A stretch of 64,000 nt of DNA from an uncultured Actinomycetes bacterium (GTDB taxonomy: Bacteria; Actinomycetota; Thermoleophilia; Gaiellales; JAICJC01). The stretch is from contig CAVPTL010000006.1 of NCBI GenBank assembly GCA_963708725.1, forward strand, positions 96,226 to 160,225, given 5' to 3'. The notes under the pieces were generated by a model. It had not been told where the DNA came from. It did not search any database and saw nothing but the letters and a program-made list of their open reading frames with translations. Positions 8,497 through 17,917 of this stretch are shown here, piece after piece (the first letter of the stretch is position 1; each line of letters begins with the position of its first letter). A program made the position numbers and the translations under genes.

Positions 8497-9396
8497 TCAG
8501 ATGCGGCCCTTGAACGTGTCGCATGCTCCCGGCGAGCCAGCGTTGTAGCCGGTCACGAACCAGTGCTGGCGCTGTGCCGAGGATCCGTGTGTCCACGTCT
8601 CGGGGGTGATCTTGCCCTGAAACTCTTTCTGGATGCGGTCGTCTCCAACCGCGGCCGCGGCATCGAGGCCGTCGTTCACGTCGGCCCGCGTGAGGTTGGT
8701 GATGAAGCCGGTGTCGACGGCGTTGGCCGCCCACACACCCGCGTAGCAGTCGGCCTGCAGCTCGACCCGGACCGCGCCGCTCTGCGGGCCCTGGCGGTCG
8801 CTGCTCGCCCGATCCAGGACACCGGTCAGATCCTGGATGTGGTGGCCGTACTCGTGGGCGAGGATGTAGGCCTCGGCGAACGGCCCGCCTCTGGCCCCGA
8901 ACTTCGTCTGGAGGTCGGAGAAGAAGCCGAGATCGATGTACACCCGGTGATCGCTCGGGCAGTAGAACGGGCCGACCGCGGAGGAGGCCGGGCCGCAGCC
9001 GGTCTGCACCTGGCCCGAGAAGAACAAGGTCTTGGCCGGCGTATACCGCGATCCGAGCTGCGTGGTCCAGTACGCCTGGATGCTGTTGACGTCGGCGACG
9101 ATCCGGCATTCCTGCTTGTCATTGGCGTCGGCTCCCGTGCGGCACGACTGGGTCAGCTCGCTTCCCGAACCGCCTCCGAGCGATTGGTTATCGAGCCCGC
9201 CGATGTTGCCCAGACCGCTTCCGCCAGAGAATGGATCGACGCCCAGCAGCAGCGCGACCACCACCACGATCAGCCCGATTCCGCCCCCGCCGATCGCCAT
9301 CGGGCCGCCGCCCAACCCACCTCCCCGACCGCCGCCCGCTCCTCGGCGGTCGTCGATCTGGGAGGTGTCGAGGCGGGCGTTTTTGCGAAACTTCAC
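8497..9396 (-). CDS. Neutral zinc metallopeptidase (YpfJ-like) with N-terminal Gly-rich/TM anchor
   Basis: N-terminus [18 protein letters not shown], then a Gly-rich stretch and a TM helix. HEYGHHIQ is the zinc site, and ..[11 protein letters not shown].. is typical of the YpfJ family. Confidence 0.85.
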   Translation of the reverse strand: MKFRKNARLDTSQIDDRRGAGGGRGGGLGGGPMAIGGGGIGLIVVVVALLLGVDPFSGGSGLGNIGGLDNQSLGGGSGSELTQSCRTGADANDKQECRIVADVNSIQAYWTTQLGSRYTPAKTLFFSGQVQTGCGPASSAVGPFYCPSDHRVYIDLGFFSDLQTKFGARGGPFAEAYILAHEYGHHIQDLTGVLDRASSDRQGPQSGAVRVELQADCYAGVWAANAVDTGFITNLTRADVNDGLDAAAAVGDDRIQKEFQGKITPETWTHGSSAQRQHWFVTGYNAGSPGACDTFKGRI

Positions 9397-9641
9397 CCGT
9401 CGTGCTTGGGCTTGGCCTTGGGTTCGTGGTCGCCGGGTGTCTTCAGCGCTTCGGCCGCGTCCTTGGCCTTGTCGGTCAGGCTCTCCTTGCTGCCCACGAT
9501 GTCCTTGAGCTCCTTGGCGTCACCCTCCAGAGAGTCCATCCCGCCGCGCTCGTCGACCATTTTCTTGGCCTGAGAGACCAGCTTGTCCAGATCCACTTCG
9601 ACCTCCTCGATCGGCGGTGTGCTGGCTTTCGTGCGCGCCAT
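9393..9641 (-). CDS. Rv0909/MT0933-like small hydrophilic protein
   Basis: 82 aa. ..[38 protein letters not shown].. matches the MT0933-like motif. Its stop overlaps the peptidase start (9393-9396). Confidence 0.6.
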   Translation of the reverse strand: MARTKASTPPIEEVEVDLDKLVSQAKKMVDERGGMDSLEGDAKELKDIVGSKESLTDKAKDAAEALKTPGDHEPKAKPKHDG

Positions 9642-9655
9642 GATACCGGGCGATA

Positions 9656-10141
9656 TTGTTCAGCACCGTGAACGAGGCCGAAATGTTGGAGCGAACGCAA
9701 GCCGCCGTCGAGGCCGCAGGTCACGACGACAAGCTGGTGGCCGCTGCGATCTTTTTCCCGCGTGGGCATTTCGGCGGAGCGTTCGCCGGCGGCATGATCG
9801 GGGACTCCCTCCTCCCAGGCGGGGTCGGTACCACCGGGGGTGCGCTGGCGGGCATGAAAGCGGTCGACGCGGCCTCGCCGATGCCGGAGCGGTGCTTCGT
9901 GGGCGTGTCTGCCACGAAGGTGTACGGCTTCGACTCCGAGCGTGAGCACGGCGGTCGGGAGCCCACCGAGCTCGTGTTCGCGGTCGACCGGTCAGGACTC
10001 GAGGTCAAAGTCCACCAGCGCGTCAACGTGCGGGTGCTCGAGCTGATTGACGGATCGTCGGGTGCGGCGATCGAGCTGGAGGGGCCGCGGCTACCCGGCT
10101 TCCATGCCGGCTCGGTGATCGACGCACTCCACCGACCCTGA
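9656..10141 (+). CDS. Hypothetical protein
   Basis: 161-aa ORF with G/C-rich third codon positions. I recognise no family. It ends 6 nt before a REP copy. Confidence 0.4.
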   Translation: MFSTVNEAEMLERTQAAVEAAGHDDKLVAAAIFFPRGHFGGAFAGGMIGDSLLPGGVGTTGGALAGMKAVDAASPMPERCFVGVSATKVYGFDSEREHGGREPTELVFAVDRSGLEVKVHQRVNVRVLELIDGSSGAAIELEGPRLPGFHAGSVIDALHRP

Positions 10142-10147
10142 ATACCG

Positions 10148-10178
10148 GTGAATAACGGTGCCAGGCACCGTTATTCAC
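10148..10178. repeat. REP-like palindromic element, 31-nt subfamily (centre A)
   Basis: GTGAATAACGGTGCCAGGCACCGTTATTCAC is a perfect 15+1+15 palindrome. It lies between the convergent gene ends at 10141 and 10175. Confidence 0.9.
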
Positions 10179-11614
10179 AGACCGGTGAGCGCGGTTATGC
10201 GACCGCTCTCCACAGCCTGCTGGAGCGCGTGGTAGTCACGTTCGTTCTGGTCGGCGTAGGCCTCGGAGAACTCGGCGATCGCCTGGTCGAACACGTCGCC
10301 CGTGCCGAGGTATGACGCGATTGCGATCCGGTCGCCCGAGCGGGCATGCGCTCGTGCCAGAGTCCACCCACACAGCTCGGCGTACATCGCCAGGCCGTCG
10401 ACCGCGAGCGTATCGACCTCGATCGAGCCCTTCCAGTCCTTGAGCTGGCGGCCGTAGAAGTCGCGATGCTGGCCGTCGAGATTGCTCTGGGCATGCAACC
10501 ACCCGAGAAAGATGTCGCTGCTGGCCTGGATGAGATGCTGGCCGGCGACCACCCGCTGGCTGTGGCATGAGTACTCGCTCGGCTGGAGGTACTCCTCCAG
10601 AACCGAAGCCTGTGCTTCCTTGAACTGCAAGAACAGCGGATCGTCACCGTCCTTGCCCATCAGCAGCACGATCCACGCGCGCGTGCCGACGCTGCCCACC
10701 CCGACCACCTTGAAGGCGATGTCCACGAACCGAAACTGCTCGAGCAAGAGCCGGCGGTCGCTTTGCAGCGAATCCCGATACCCGCGGATGATCTGCCGCA
10801 GCTGGGCCCATGCGGCCTCGCCGGGCTCTCCGTGGAGGATGTCGCGGGCCGGTTGGATCAGCGGTGGGGCGCTGATGATGCGGAGCTTCCCGTCCACCGT
10901 CTCGGTCAGCCGGGAGAACTCGTGCAGGCTGTCTCGCGTGCGGGTCTTTGCGATGTTTCGTTCGAGCAGCCGCACGCGCTTTGCGTCGAGCTGGGATCGC
11001 AACGCGTCGAAGGTCGTATCGACCTCCTGGCGGGCGTACCACACGGCCAGATTCGTCATGGTGGCGAACTCGCGCATCGCTCTGCGATAGCTCGCGGCCG
11101 TCCGGCGCACCGCGGTCGTGCGCTGCTTGAGAGTGAGGCCGTTTTCCCGCCCGGAGACCGCCACACTCGCAGCCAGCCGCTTGACGTCCCACTCCCAGGG
11201 GCCGGGGAGCGTCTCGTCGAAGTCGTTGGCGCCGAACACCAAGCGCCGGTCGGTCGATGCGAACATGCCAAAGTTCGAAAGGTGTGCATCGCCGCATAGC
11301 TGGGCGTTGAGTCCGGAGCTGGGCGTGGCGGCAAGATCGCAGGCCATGATCCTGGCCGCGCCGCGGTAGAAGGCGAATGGCGAGTTGAGCATCCGGCCGT
11401 AGCGAATCGGCACCAGCTCGGGCACGCGTGTGGCTGCCTGCTCCTCGAGCAGCGTCACGGGATCCGGGCGATCGGCCGCCGGGGCAAACTCACCGTGGCG
11501 TGAACGCGGCACCCGCTGGCGGGCGAGCTTGCCGTGACGGAGTCGCTCGTCGACCGTCGAGTGGTGCACGGTCGTCCCGAACTTGAGGTGGCCCTCGCCC
11601 GGCACGTCGCTCAT
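10175..11614 (-). CDS. DUF2252-domain protein
   Basis: 479 aa. ..RYGRMLNSPFAFYRGAA.., ..CGDAHLSNFG.. and ..NDFDETLPGPWEWDVKRLAAS.. are characteristic DUF2252 motifs. Its ATG overlaps the stop of the upstream methyltransferase (ATGA at 11611-11614). Confidence 0.8.
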   Translation of the reverse strand: MSDVPGEGHLKFGTTVHHSTVDERLRHGKLARQRVPRSRHGEFAPAADRPDPVTLLEEQAATRVPELVPIRYGRMLNSPFAFYRGAARIMACDLAATPSSGLNAQLCGDAHLSNFGMFASTDRRLVFGANDFDETLPGPWEWDVKRLAASVAVSGRENGLTLKQRTTAVRRTAASYRRAMREFATMTNLAVWYARQEVDTTFDALRSQLDAKRVRLLERNIAKTRTRDSLHEFSRLTETVDGKLRIISAPPLIQPARDILHGEPGEAAWAQLRQIIRGYRDSLQSDRRLLLEQFRFVDIAFKVVGVGSVGTRAWIVLLMGKDGDDPLFLQFKEAQASVLEEYLQPSEYSCHSQRVVAGQHLIQASSDIFLGWLHAQSNLDGQHRDFYGRQLKDWKGSIEVDTLAVDGLAMYAELCGWTLARAHARSGDRIAIASYLGTGDVFDQAIAEFSEAYADQNERDYHALQQAVESGRITALTGL

Positions 11615-12756
11615 GTCGCGACGATGACCTGTTCGTAGAACTCGCCGCCGCGCCGGCCCGTGCGCCGGTTGACGTGGCGACGGCGCCGCTCGATCACCCT
11701 CAGACCCGCGTTTTCGAGGATGCCGGCGTACAGGTCGCGGGCATCGTCGATCACGATGACGAACACCCCGCCGGGCCGCGTGTGGGCGAGTGCGTGCGTG
11801 AACACGGCGGTCATGTCGGCCACGTAGTCGGCGGTCACGCGGCGCGACACTCCCCGCACCGCAGCGCCGATCTCCTCGTCGCGCTGATCGTCGAGGCCGA
11901 GCAGCTCGAACGCGTAGCGATGCTGCTCGTGGTAATCGATGCGTCCGGGGTAGGGGGGAGAGGTGATCACACCGTCGAACCGGAGATCGCCGAAGTCGAC
12001 GGTGCGCGAGTCATCGTGCAGCACCGTCGCCGAGACGTCGGTGCGGATGCGCGCGTACTCCCGTACCCGAACGATCGTGTCGAGGCTGTAGCGGCGCAGA
12101 AACTTGAGCGCCTCCGAGGTCGGGTGACATGTGCGCTTGTGTTTGTGGCAGTCATAGGGGCCGGTGACCGGCTTGCGCGGAAACTCGAGGTCGTGGTGGG
12201 CGGTTCGCCGCGCAGAGCGGGCAGCGCGTGACAACACCACGCTCATCAACTCCCGGGTTTGGGGATAGTCGTCGAGCAGGCTGCGGTAGAACAGCAGCTC
12301 CTCGAGTGCGCGGGGTGCATACCACTCGGTGAGATACGCGCCGGCTGGGGGCAGCGCCCGGTGCGGCGGGGCCGCTGGCTGGTAGCGCTCCATGCGGGTC
12401 AGCGCGGCTCGCAGGTCGTGTTCCACCACGAAGGGGTTGTGAACGCCGCTCTTGACCCGGCCGAGGAGCGCGTTGAAGGCCGAGATGTCCACTCCCACGC
12501 TGGGACAGCCGTAGACGCTGGCCTCGACCAGCGTGGTCCCGCTGCCCGAGAACGGATCGAGAATCACCTCTCCGCGGGTGAAGTGCCGGTCCAGAAAGAC
12601 CTCGACGAGCTGCGGGACGTACTTGCCGAGATACGGGTGCAGGCGATGCATGTGCTTGGTGCGTTCGCGCTCCGGAAGCTCGGTTTCGGCCCACGAAATC
12701 TCGGGATCGACATCGGTTTCGAGCAGCGCCTTGGAGATCTCTGCCTGGGTGGCCAT
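11611..12756 (-). CDS. SAM-dependent N6/N4-type methyltransferase (DNA, possibly RNA) with unusual motif order and large insertion
   Basis: Motif I-like HPYLGKYVPQLV..VILDPFSGSGTTLVEA lies at aa ~40-78. Catalytic motif IV ITSPPYPG lies at aa ~265-272, separated by ~190 aa. No restriction endonuclease gene is adjacent. Confidence 0.75.
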   Translation of the reverse strand: MATQAEISKALLETDVDPEISWAETELPERERTKHMHRLHPYLGKYVPQLVEVFLDRHFTRGEVILDPFSGSGTTLVEASVYGCPSVGVDISAFNALLGRVKSGVHNPFVVEHDLRAALTRMERYQPAAPPHRALPPAGAYLTEWYAPRALEELLFYRSLLDDYPQTRELMSVVLSRAARSARRTAHHDLEFPRKPVTGPYDCHKHKRTCHPTSEALKFLRRYSLDTIVRVREYARIRTDVSATVLHDDSRTVDFGDLRFDGVITSPPYPGRIDYHEQHRYAFELLGLDDQRDEEIGAAVRGVSRRVTADYVADMTAVFTHALAHTRPGGVFVIVIDDARDLYAGILENAGLRVIERRRRHVNRRTGRRGGEFYEQVIVAT

Positions 12757-12808
12757 GGGCGTCGACCTTAGCGACCGGTGCGGACGATCTGATCGCTACT
12801 CTGAATCC

Positions 12809-13234
12809 ATGTCCAACAACGTCAAACCCCTCTACGGCGCCGAGCACGTGCGCCGATACCGCGAGACCGATGGTGAAGTCGGTCACGACTGGAACGGTAC
12901 CCAGGCGCTGATTCTCACCACCGTCGGGCGCAAGTCTGGCAAGCGCCACGACACACCGCTGATCTACGCACCCTACGGCGATGCGTTTGTGATCGTGGCC
13001 TCCAAGGGTGGGACGCCGAAACACCCAGCCTGGTATCTCAACCTCACGTCTAACCCTGAAGTAGAGGTTCAGGTTGGGCCCGATCGGTTCTCCGCGAAAG
13101 CGCGCACAGCGACCGGGAACGAGCGGCAAGAGCTGTGGGGTCGCATGACCCACGAATGGCCCGCCTACGACTCGTACCAGGCAAAGACCGATCGCGAGAT
13201 TCCGATCGTCGTGCTCGACCGCCTCGACACCTAG
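12809..13234 (+). CDS. Deazaflavin (F420)-dependent nitroreductase family protein (Ddn/DUF385-like)
   Basis: Starts at MSNNVKPLYGAEHVRRYRETDG. ..TTVGRKSGKRHDTPLIY.., ..VIVASKGGTPKHPAWYLNL.. and ..ERQELWGRM.. are hallmark motifs of this family. Confidence 0.8.
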   Translation: MSNNVKPLYGAEHVRRYRETDGEVGHDWNGTQALILTTVGRKSGKRHDTPLIYAPYGDAFVIVASKGGTPKHPAWYLNLTSNPEVEVQVGPDRFSAKARTATGNERQELWGRMTHEWPAYDSYQAKTDREIPIVVLDRLDT

Positions 13235-15117
13235 GCGGCCAACGCCGCCCGTGCTCGGGCGAGCTTGACCGCGGCCGTCAACGTGGGCAGGTCGTAGGCG
13301 CCGTTGTGGCGCAGCCCGTTGATGAAGAACGTCGGCGTTCCAGAAACCCCGCTCATGTCGGCCGTGTCGACGTCCTCGGAGATACGGCCGACACGGGCGT
13401 GGGTGCGCAGATCTTCGGCAAACCGTTCGCGGTCGAGATCGAGCACATCGGCGTAGCGCAACAGGTCTCGCACCTTGAGGGCATGCTGGTGGTCGAGCAG
13501 GACGTCGTGCATCTCCCAGAACTTGCCCTGCGCCGCAGCCGCCTCGGAGGCTTCCGCCGCCAGCTGTGCGTTGGGATGCACGTCGTTGAGCGGAAGGTGG
13601 CGCCACACATACCGCGCGTCCCCGAAATCGGCCAGCAGGTCGCGTACGACCGACTCGGCCTGGCCACAGAACGGGCACTCGAAATCGCCGTACTCGACCA
13701 CGGTCACCGGGGCGTCGTGAGGCCCGCGGATGTGATCACGATCGGGATCCACATCGGCCGCGAGGTCGATGATGACATCGGCCGAGCCCAGAAGCGCGCG
13801 GATCTGGAGCCGCTTGGGAAGCCTGGCCGTTGCCCGGAAAACGACCCATGTGATCACCGACGAGAGCAACGCTGCGGTCAGGACTCCGAGCTTTGCCTGC
13901 TCGAGCTGCGTCCCGCTGAAGACGAGGGTGGCGATCAGGATCGAGACCGTGAACCCGATCCCGGCAATGGTGCCACCACCGGCGACGGCGGCCCAGCCAA
14001 CCGGCGGCCGTAGCCGACCCCGAGACACCATGGTCACGAGCCACGCCGTGCCGGCGATCCCGACGGGTTTGCCGACCACGTAGCCGACCATGATCCCGAG
14101 TGTGATCGGCGAGGTGAAGGCGCCCGAAAGGAAGCTCCAGTTGAGGACGATTCCTGCGTTGGCCAGGGCGAACAGCGGGACGATCACGTAGCTCGTCCAC
14201 GGGTGAAACTGCTGCTGAAGGCGGACGTTTGGTGAGATCGCCGACCTGACACCCGCGGTCGCGGTGGCCGCGAGCTCCGCGGTTGGCTGCTCTCGGAACT
14301 CCCGGAACAGATCGGAGGCCCGCTCCAGATCCACGCGGGCGGCGGGATAGGCCGAGACGACCAACCCCATCACCAGTCCCACCACCACCGGGTCGACCCC
14401 GGACTGCTCCATGAAAAGCCAGGCGCCGCCCCCGAGGAGGACGTACACCGCGCCGTAGTGGATGCCAAACGATCGGGCGGCCAGGGCAACGGCGAGCACG
14501 ATCACGGCCATCGCCAACTGGGCGGTCTGGATGTGCTCTGCGTAGACGATGGCAATCACGGCCAACGCGACCATGTCGTCGACGATCACCACGGTCAGCA
14601 TGAAGGCCTGGAGCCGGTCCGGGAATGACGGGCCGACCAGCGCGAGCATCCCGAGCGCAAACGCGGTGTCGGTCGACATCGCGGTGCCCCAGCCGTGTGC
14701 AGAGGAGTGCCCGGCGTTGAACAGCAGATAGATCGCGATCGGCACCAGGATCCCGCCGAGCCCTGCCAGCGCCGGAAGCGCCACCCGCCGCCGCTCACGC
14801 AGCTCGCCCATGTCGAACTCGCGACGTGCCTCCAGGCCGACGACGAAGAAGAAGAACGTCATCAGTCCGGCGTTGATCCATTCCTGGAGCTCGAGCGCGA
14901 TGCCGTGATCGCCCACGTGGATCGAGAGCACCGTGTCCCAAAGTGAGTTGTAGGAGGAGCTGTCGATGTTGACCCACGCAAGCGCCGCCAGGGTCGCTGC
15001 GAGCAGCACCGCAGCTCCTCCGGTCTCGGTGCCGAGGAACTCGCGCAGCGGCGTCGGCACGTTACGGGCCCACGCGGTGGTGCCGGCGAGTGTCCGCCCA
15101 TTCGTCGACTCGGCCAT
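13231..15117 (-). CDS. nhaA: Na+/H+ antiporter NhaA fused to a C-terminal DsbA-like thioredoxin domain
   Basis: N-terminus PLREFLGTETGGAAVLLAATLAALAWVN and the following polytopic region are NhaA-like. The C-terminus VTVVEYGDFECPFCGQAE.. is DsbA/thioredoxin-like with CPFC. Start chosen at ATG 15117 (MAESTNGR). Confidence 0.85.
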   Translation of the reverse strand: MAESTNGRTLAGTTAWARNVPTPLREFLGTETGGAAVLLAATLAALAWVNIDSSSYNSLWDTVLSIHVGDHGIALELQEWINAGLMTFFFFVVGLEARREFDMGELRERRRVALPALAGLGGILVPIAIYLLFNAGHSSAHGWGTAMSTDTAFALGMLALVGPSFPDRLQAFMLTVVIVDDMVALAVIAIVYAEHIQTAQLAMAVIVLAVALAARSFGIHYGAVYVLLGGGAWLFMEQSGVDPVVVGLVMGLVVSAYPAARVDLERASDLFREFREQPTAELAATATAGVRSAISPNVRLQQQFHPWTSYVIVPLFALANAGIVLNWSFLSGAFTSPITLGIMVGYVVGKPVGIAGTAWLVTMVSRGRLRPPVGWAAVAGGGTIAGIGFTVSILIATLVFSGTQLEQAKLGVLTAALLSSVITWVVFRATARLPKRLQIRALLGSADVIIDLAADVDPDRDHIRGPHDAPVTVVEYGDFECPFCGQAESVVRDLLADFGDARYVWRHLPLNDVHPNAQLAAEASEAAAAQGKFWEMHDVLLDHQHALKVRDLLRYADVLDLDRERFAEDLRTHARVGRISEDVDTADMSGVSGTPTFFINGLRHNGAYDLPTLTAAVKLARARAALAA

Positions 15118-15145
15118 GGGGGCATTATGCAGATAGCCTGCGCTG

Positions 15146-16321
15146 ATGATCCCTGCGACCGTCCTTCGGCGCCGCAACGAGGGCGAAGCTCCACCGGTCA
15201 CGAACATGGAGTTGTTCTTCGACCTCGTGTACGTGTTCGCGGTCACGCAGCTCTCCCACACGCTGCTGCACCACCTCTCGGCCCGCGGCGCGGTGGAGGC
15301 GCTGGTGTTGTTCGCCGCGGTGTGGTGGGCGTGGAACTACACCGCCTGGGCGACGAACTGGATCGACCCCGATCGGCCGCAGGTGCGGGTGCTGATGGTG
15401 GTGCTGATGCTGATCAGCCTGATCATGTCGGCCGCCATCCCGGAGGCGTTCACGACCCGCGCCGCCGCGTTTGCGATCGCCTACGTCGCGATCCAGGTGA
15501 TCCGAAGCGGATTCATGGTGGCCGCCCTGCGGGGCCAGGTGATGGGCCGAAACTACGCCCAGTTGCTGGCGTACTCATGTTTTGCCGGCGTGTTTTGGGT
15601 GGCGGGTGCATTCGTGGGCGGCGACGCCCGGCTCGCGCTTTGGATCGTTGCGTTGGTGATCGACCTGTCGGCGCCACTCCACGGCTTTTGGCTTCCCCGT
15701 CTGGGCAGCACGCCACTCAAGGACTGGACGCTCGCCGGTGGACATCTGGCCGAGCGCTGTCAGTTGGTGCTCCTGATCGCCCTCGGCGAGTCGATTCTCG
15801 CCGCCGGGGCGACGTTCAGCGAGCTGGCCGACGTGACCGGGTCGATCGTCGTGGCGTTCGGTGTTGGCTTCCTCCAGATCGTGTCGCTCTGGGCGATCTA
15901 CTTTGCCCGGCATGCGGAGCTGGCCGCCCGCGCGATCTCCCACTCACTCGACCCGGCTCGCATCGGTCGTGCCGGCTATGCCTACGGACACGCGGTGATG
16001 GTCGCGGGCGTGATCGTCGCCGCCGTTGGTATCGATCTCGCGATCGCCGATCCCGGGGGCCAATCGTCAACGACCAGCGCGGCGGTGATCCTCGGCGGCC
16101 CGGCGATCTTCGTGGCCGGTAACGCGCTCTTCAAGTACGCGCTGACGGGCCGGATCCCTCGCGACCGCGCGATCGCGATCGCGCTTTTAGCCGCGCTCTC
16201 GGCGCTCACCGGCTCGGTCAGCCTGCTCGAACTGATCGCCTCGGCCACCGCCGTCACCGTTGGGCTGGCGGTGGTTTCGGCTGCGACTCCGATCGACGAG
16301 GCCGAACTCGAACTCAGTTGA
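15146..16321 (+). CDS. Low-temperature-requirement A (LtrA)-family membrane protein
   Basis: ..ELFFDLVYVFAVTQLSH.. is the N-terminal motif of this family. 391 aa, polytopic. Confidence 0.75.
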   Translation: MIPATVLRRRNEGEAPPVTNMELFFDLVYVFAVTQLSHTLLHHLSARGAVEALVLFAAVWWAWNYTAWATNWIDPDRPQVRVLMVVLMLISLIMSAAIPEAFTTRAAAFAIAYVAIQVIRSGFMVAALRGQVMGRNYAQLLAYSCFAGVFWVAGAFVGGDARLALWIVALVIDLSAPLHGFWLPRLGSTPLKDWTLAGGHLAERCQLVLLIALGESILAAGATFSELADVTGSIVVAFGVGFLQIVSLWAIYFARHAELAARAISHSLDPARIGRAGYAYGHAVMVAGVIVAAVGIDLAIADPGGQSSTTSAAVILGGPAIFVAGNALFKYALTGRIPRDRAIAIALLAALSALTGSVSLLELIASATAVTVGLAVVSAATPIDEAELELS

Positions 16322-16751
16322 GGGTCGCGGTGACCGTGATCTCGACGTTTCCGCGCAGGGCGTTCGAGACCGGACAGCCCTTGTCGCCTTCAACAGCAAG
16401 CCGGGCGAATTCTGCCTGGTCGATGCCCGGCACCACGCCTTCGACTGTCAGCGCGATCGATCGGATCTCGAACCCTCCGCCCGATTTGGGGTGAAACGTA
16501 CAGACGGCGCCGACCTCGAGCGACTCGGCCGTCGACCCCGCCTGGGCAAGGGTGTTCGAGAACGCCATCGCATAGCACGCGGCATGGGCCGCTGCGATCA
16601 GCTCTTCGGGGCTGGTCGTACCCTCCACGCGCTCGGTCCGCGTCGCCCATGACACCGGAAGATGCCCGAACACTCCGCTTCCGGCCGCCACCGAGCCGCT
16701 GCCTTCGAGCAGGCTCCCCTGCCAGTGTGCGTGTGCGGTTGAGTCCGCCAT
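16314..16751 (-). CDS. osmC: OsmC-family peroxiredoxin
   Basis: 145 aa. ..GTTSPEELIAAAHAACYAMAFS.. and ..DKGCPVSNAL.. contain the two conserved Cys motifs of OsmC. Confidence 0.85.
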   Translation of the reverse strand: MADSTAHAHWQGSLLEGSGSVAAGSGVFGHLPVSWATRTERVEGTTSPEELIAAAHAACYAMAFSNTLAQAGSTAESLEVGAVCTFHPKSGGGFEIRSIALTVEGVVPGIDQAEFARLAVEGDKGCPVSNALRGNVEITVTATLN

Positions 16752-16797
16752 TTCAGCCCCCTTCGTCGTCAGTTTTGGGCGGAAGGGTAGCGAGTGT

Positions 16798-17289
16798 TCA
16801 GACTGTGGGGTTCGCCTGTTCGTCGGCGAAGCGCTTCTGCCGGTCTCGGCTGTAGCCCTTGCCTGAAGGGATCACTTCGAGGCTCGAGAAGAGGCCCGGC
16901 CCGACCGGCGTGGCGTCGGGTGTAAACACCGCCTCGGCGGCTTTGGCCTGGTAGATCTCGTGGTAGAAGGCGATGCCGCGGCCCTCGTTGTCGACCAGCC
17001 ACTTCCACCACAGAGAGTGCGGCTGTCGCCTCGCCCAGCGGTCGAGATCGGCATACGAGCTCCAGTACACCATCACCAGTGAGCCCTCGTCGCTCTGCAG
17101 CCGACGTGCGAGCAACAGCCCGTCGTCGGCGGAGGTTGCGAGCGATTCCATCAGCTGATCCTGAATCCCCGATTCGGCGTACAGCCGCTCGCCGTCTTCA
17201 CTCAGGACTTGGAGTCCGAAGATGCCGACGCACAGGTCGGGGTGCTCCCACAGCGCCGCCATGTATGTGCCTTCAGGTGCCTCCGGCAT
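16798..17289 (-). CDS. DUF4188-like (monooxygenase/dehydratase-like) protein
   Basis: 163 aa. ..LVMVYWSSYADLDRWARRQPHSLWWKWL..GIAFYHEIY.. resembles the DUF4188 core. This is a motif-level call. Confidence 0.5.
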   Translation of the reverse strand: MPEAPEGTYMAALWEHPDLCVGIFGLQVLSEDGERLYAESGIQDQLMESLATSADDGLLLARRLQSDEGSLVMVYWSSYADLDRWARRQPHSLWWKWLVDNEGRGIAFYHEIYQAKAAEAVFTPDATPVGPGLFSSLEVIPSGKGYSRDRQKRFADEQANPTV

Positions 17290-17298
17290 GGGCCCACT

Positions 17299-17877
17299 CT
17301 AGGCCACTCGCATCGTGGCGCGAACGTGGTCGCAGGCGGCCAGCGTCGACTGCTGGTCGGAGTTCGAGCTCCACTGGCAGTTCATGAGCACGATCGAGTC
17401 ACTTCCAAAGATCAGCACTTTGCGCGCGCGGGCGGTCGACCCACCGGGTAGGGGTACCCCCTCGACGTCGAAGATGACCGCAGGGTCGTTGCCGACCAGC
17501 GCCGCGCTACCCGCCTGGATCGACATGCCCAGTTGTTTCAGCGAGCGCTCGTACTGCGCTGCGAGGGTGTGCACGCTGGCGGTACCCCGGTCGGTGGCCG
17601 CCACGTAGATCAATCCCGATTTGCGGACGATCACCGACCGGTCGCGAGTCTTCGGCGACGGGTCGCCGATCGCAAAGTGAGCGAGGCTGTGCCACCCGGG
17701 CGGGATTCGGTAGCTGTATGGAGCACCCGGCGGGGCCATGCGGTGCGATCCGGGAATTGCAGTCGCCCCGCTGAGAAGCTGGGTGCCCGCGTCTGAGCCG
17801 CCCGAGCTTTGGTGGCCGCATCCGGCGAGCAGCGCCGCGAGCACGACCATGAGCCCGAGGGGTGGGGGAACGCGCAT
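17299..17877 (-). CDS. Putative lipoprotein, unknown function
   Basis: The N-terminus MRVPPPLGLMVVLAALLAGCGHQ carries a signal peptide and lipobox (LLAGC). Confidence 0.55.
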   Translation of the reverse strand: MRVPPPLGLMVVLAALLAGCGHQSSGGSDAGTQLLSGATAIPGSHRMAPPGAPYSYRIPPGWHSLAHFAIGDPSPKTRDRSVIVRKSGLIYVAATDRGTASVHTLAAQYERSLKQLGMSIQAGSAALVGNDPAVIFDVEGVPLPGGSTARARKVLIFGSDSIVLMNCQWSSNSDQQSTLAACDHVRATMRVA

Positions 17878-17917
17878 GCGGCCATCATAGGGATGGGGGT
17901 GACGTTAGGATCGCAGC

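Noticed and set aside
9393-9641. Toxin-antitoxin module based on the Rv0909/MT0933-like 'antitoxin' protein
   Set aside because: No toxin-like partner is present. The neighbours are a zinc metallopeptidase and an unrelated hypothetical on the other strand. The family name alone is not evidence of a TA system.
11611-12756. Complete restriction-modification system
   Set aside because: No endonuclease, specificity subunit or helicase gene is adjacent. Only the methyltransferase and a DUF2252 protein are present.
12152-13678. 508-aa minus-strand ORF
   Set aside because: It overlaps the methyltransferase, the F420 nitroreductase and the NhaA-DsbA 3' end in wrong frames. It is an Arg/Pro/Gly-rich artefact.
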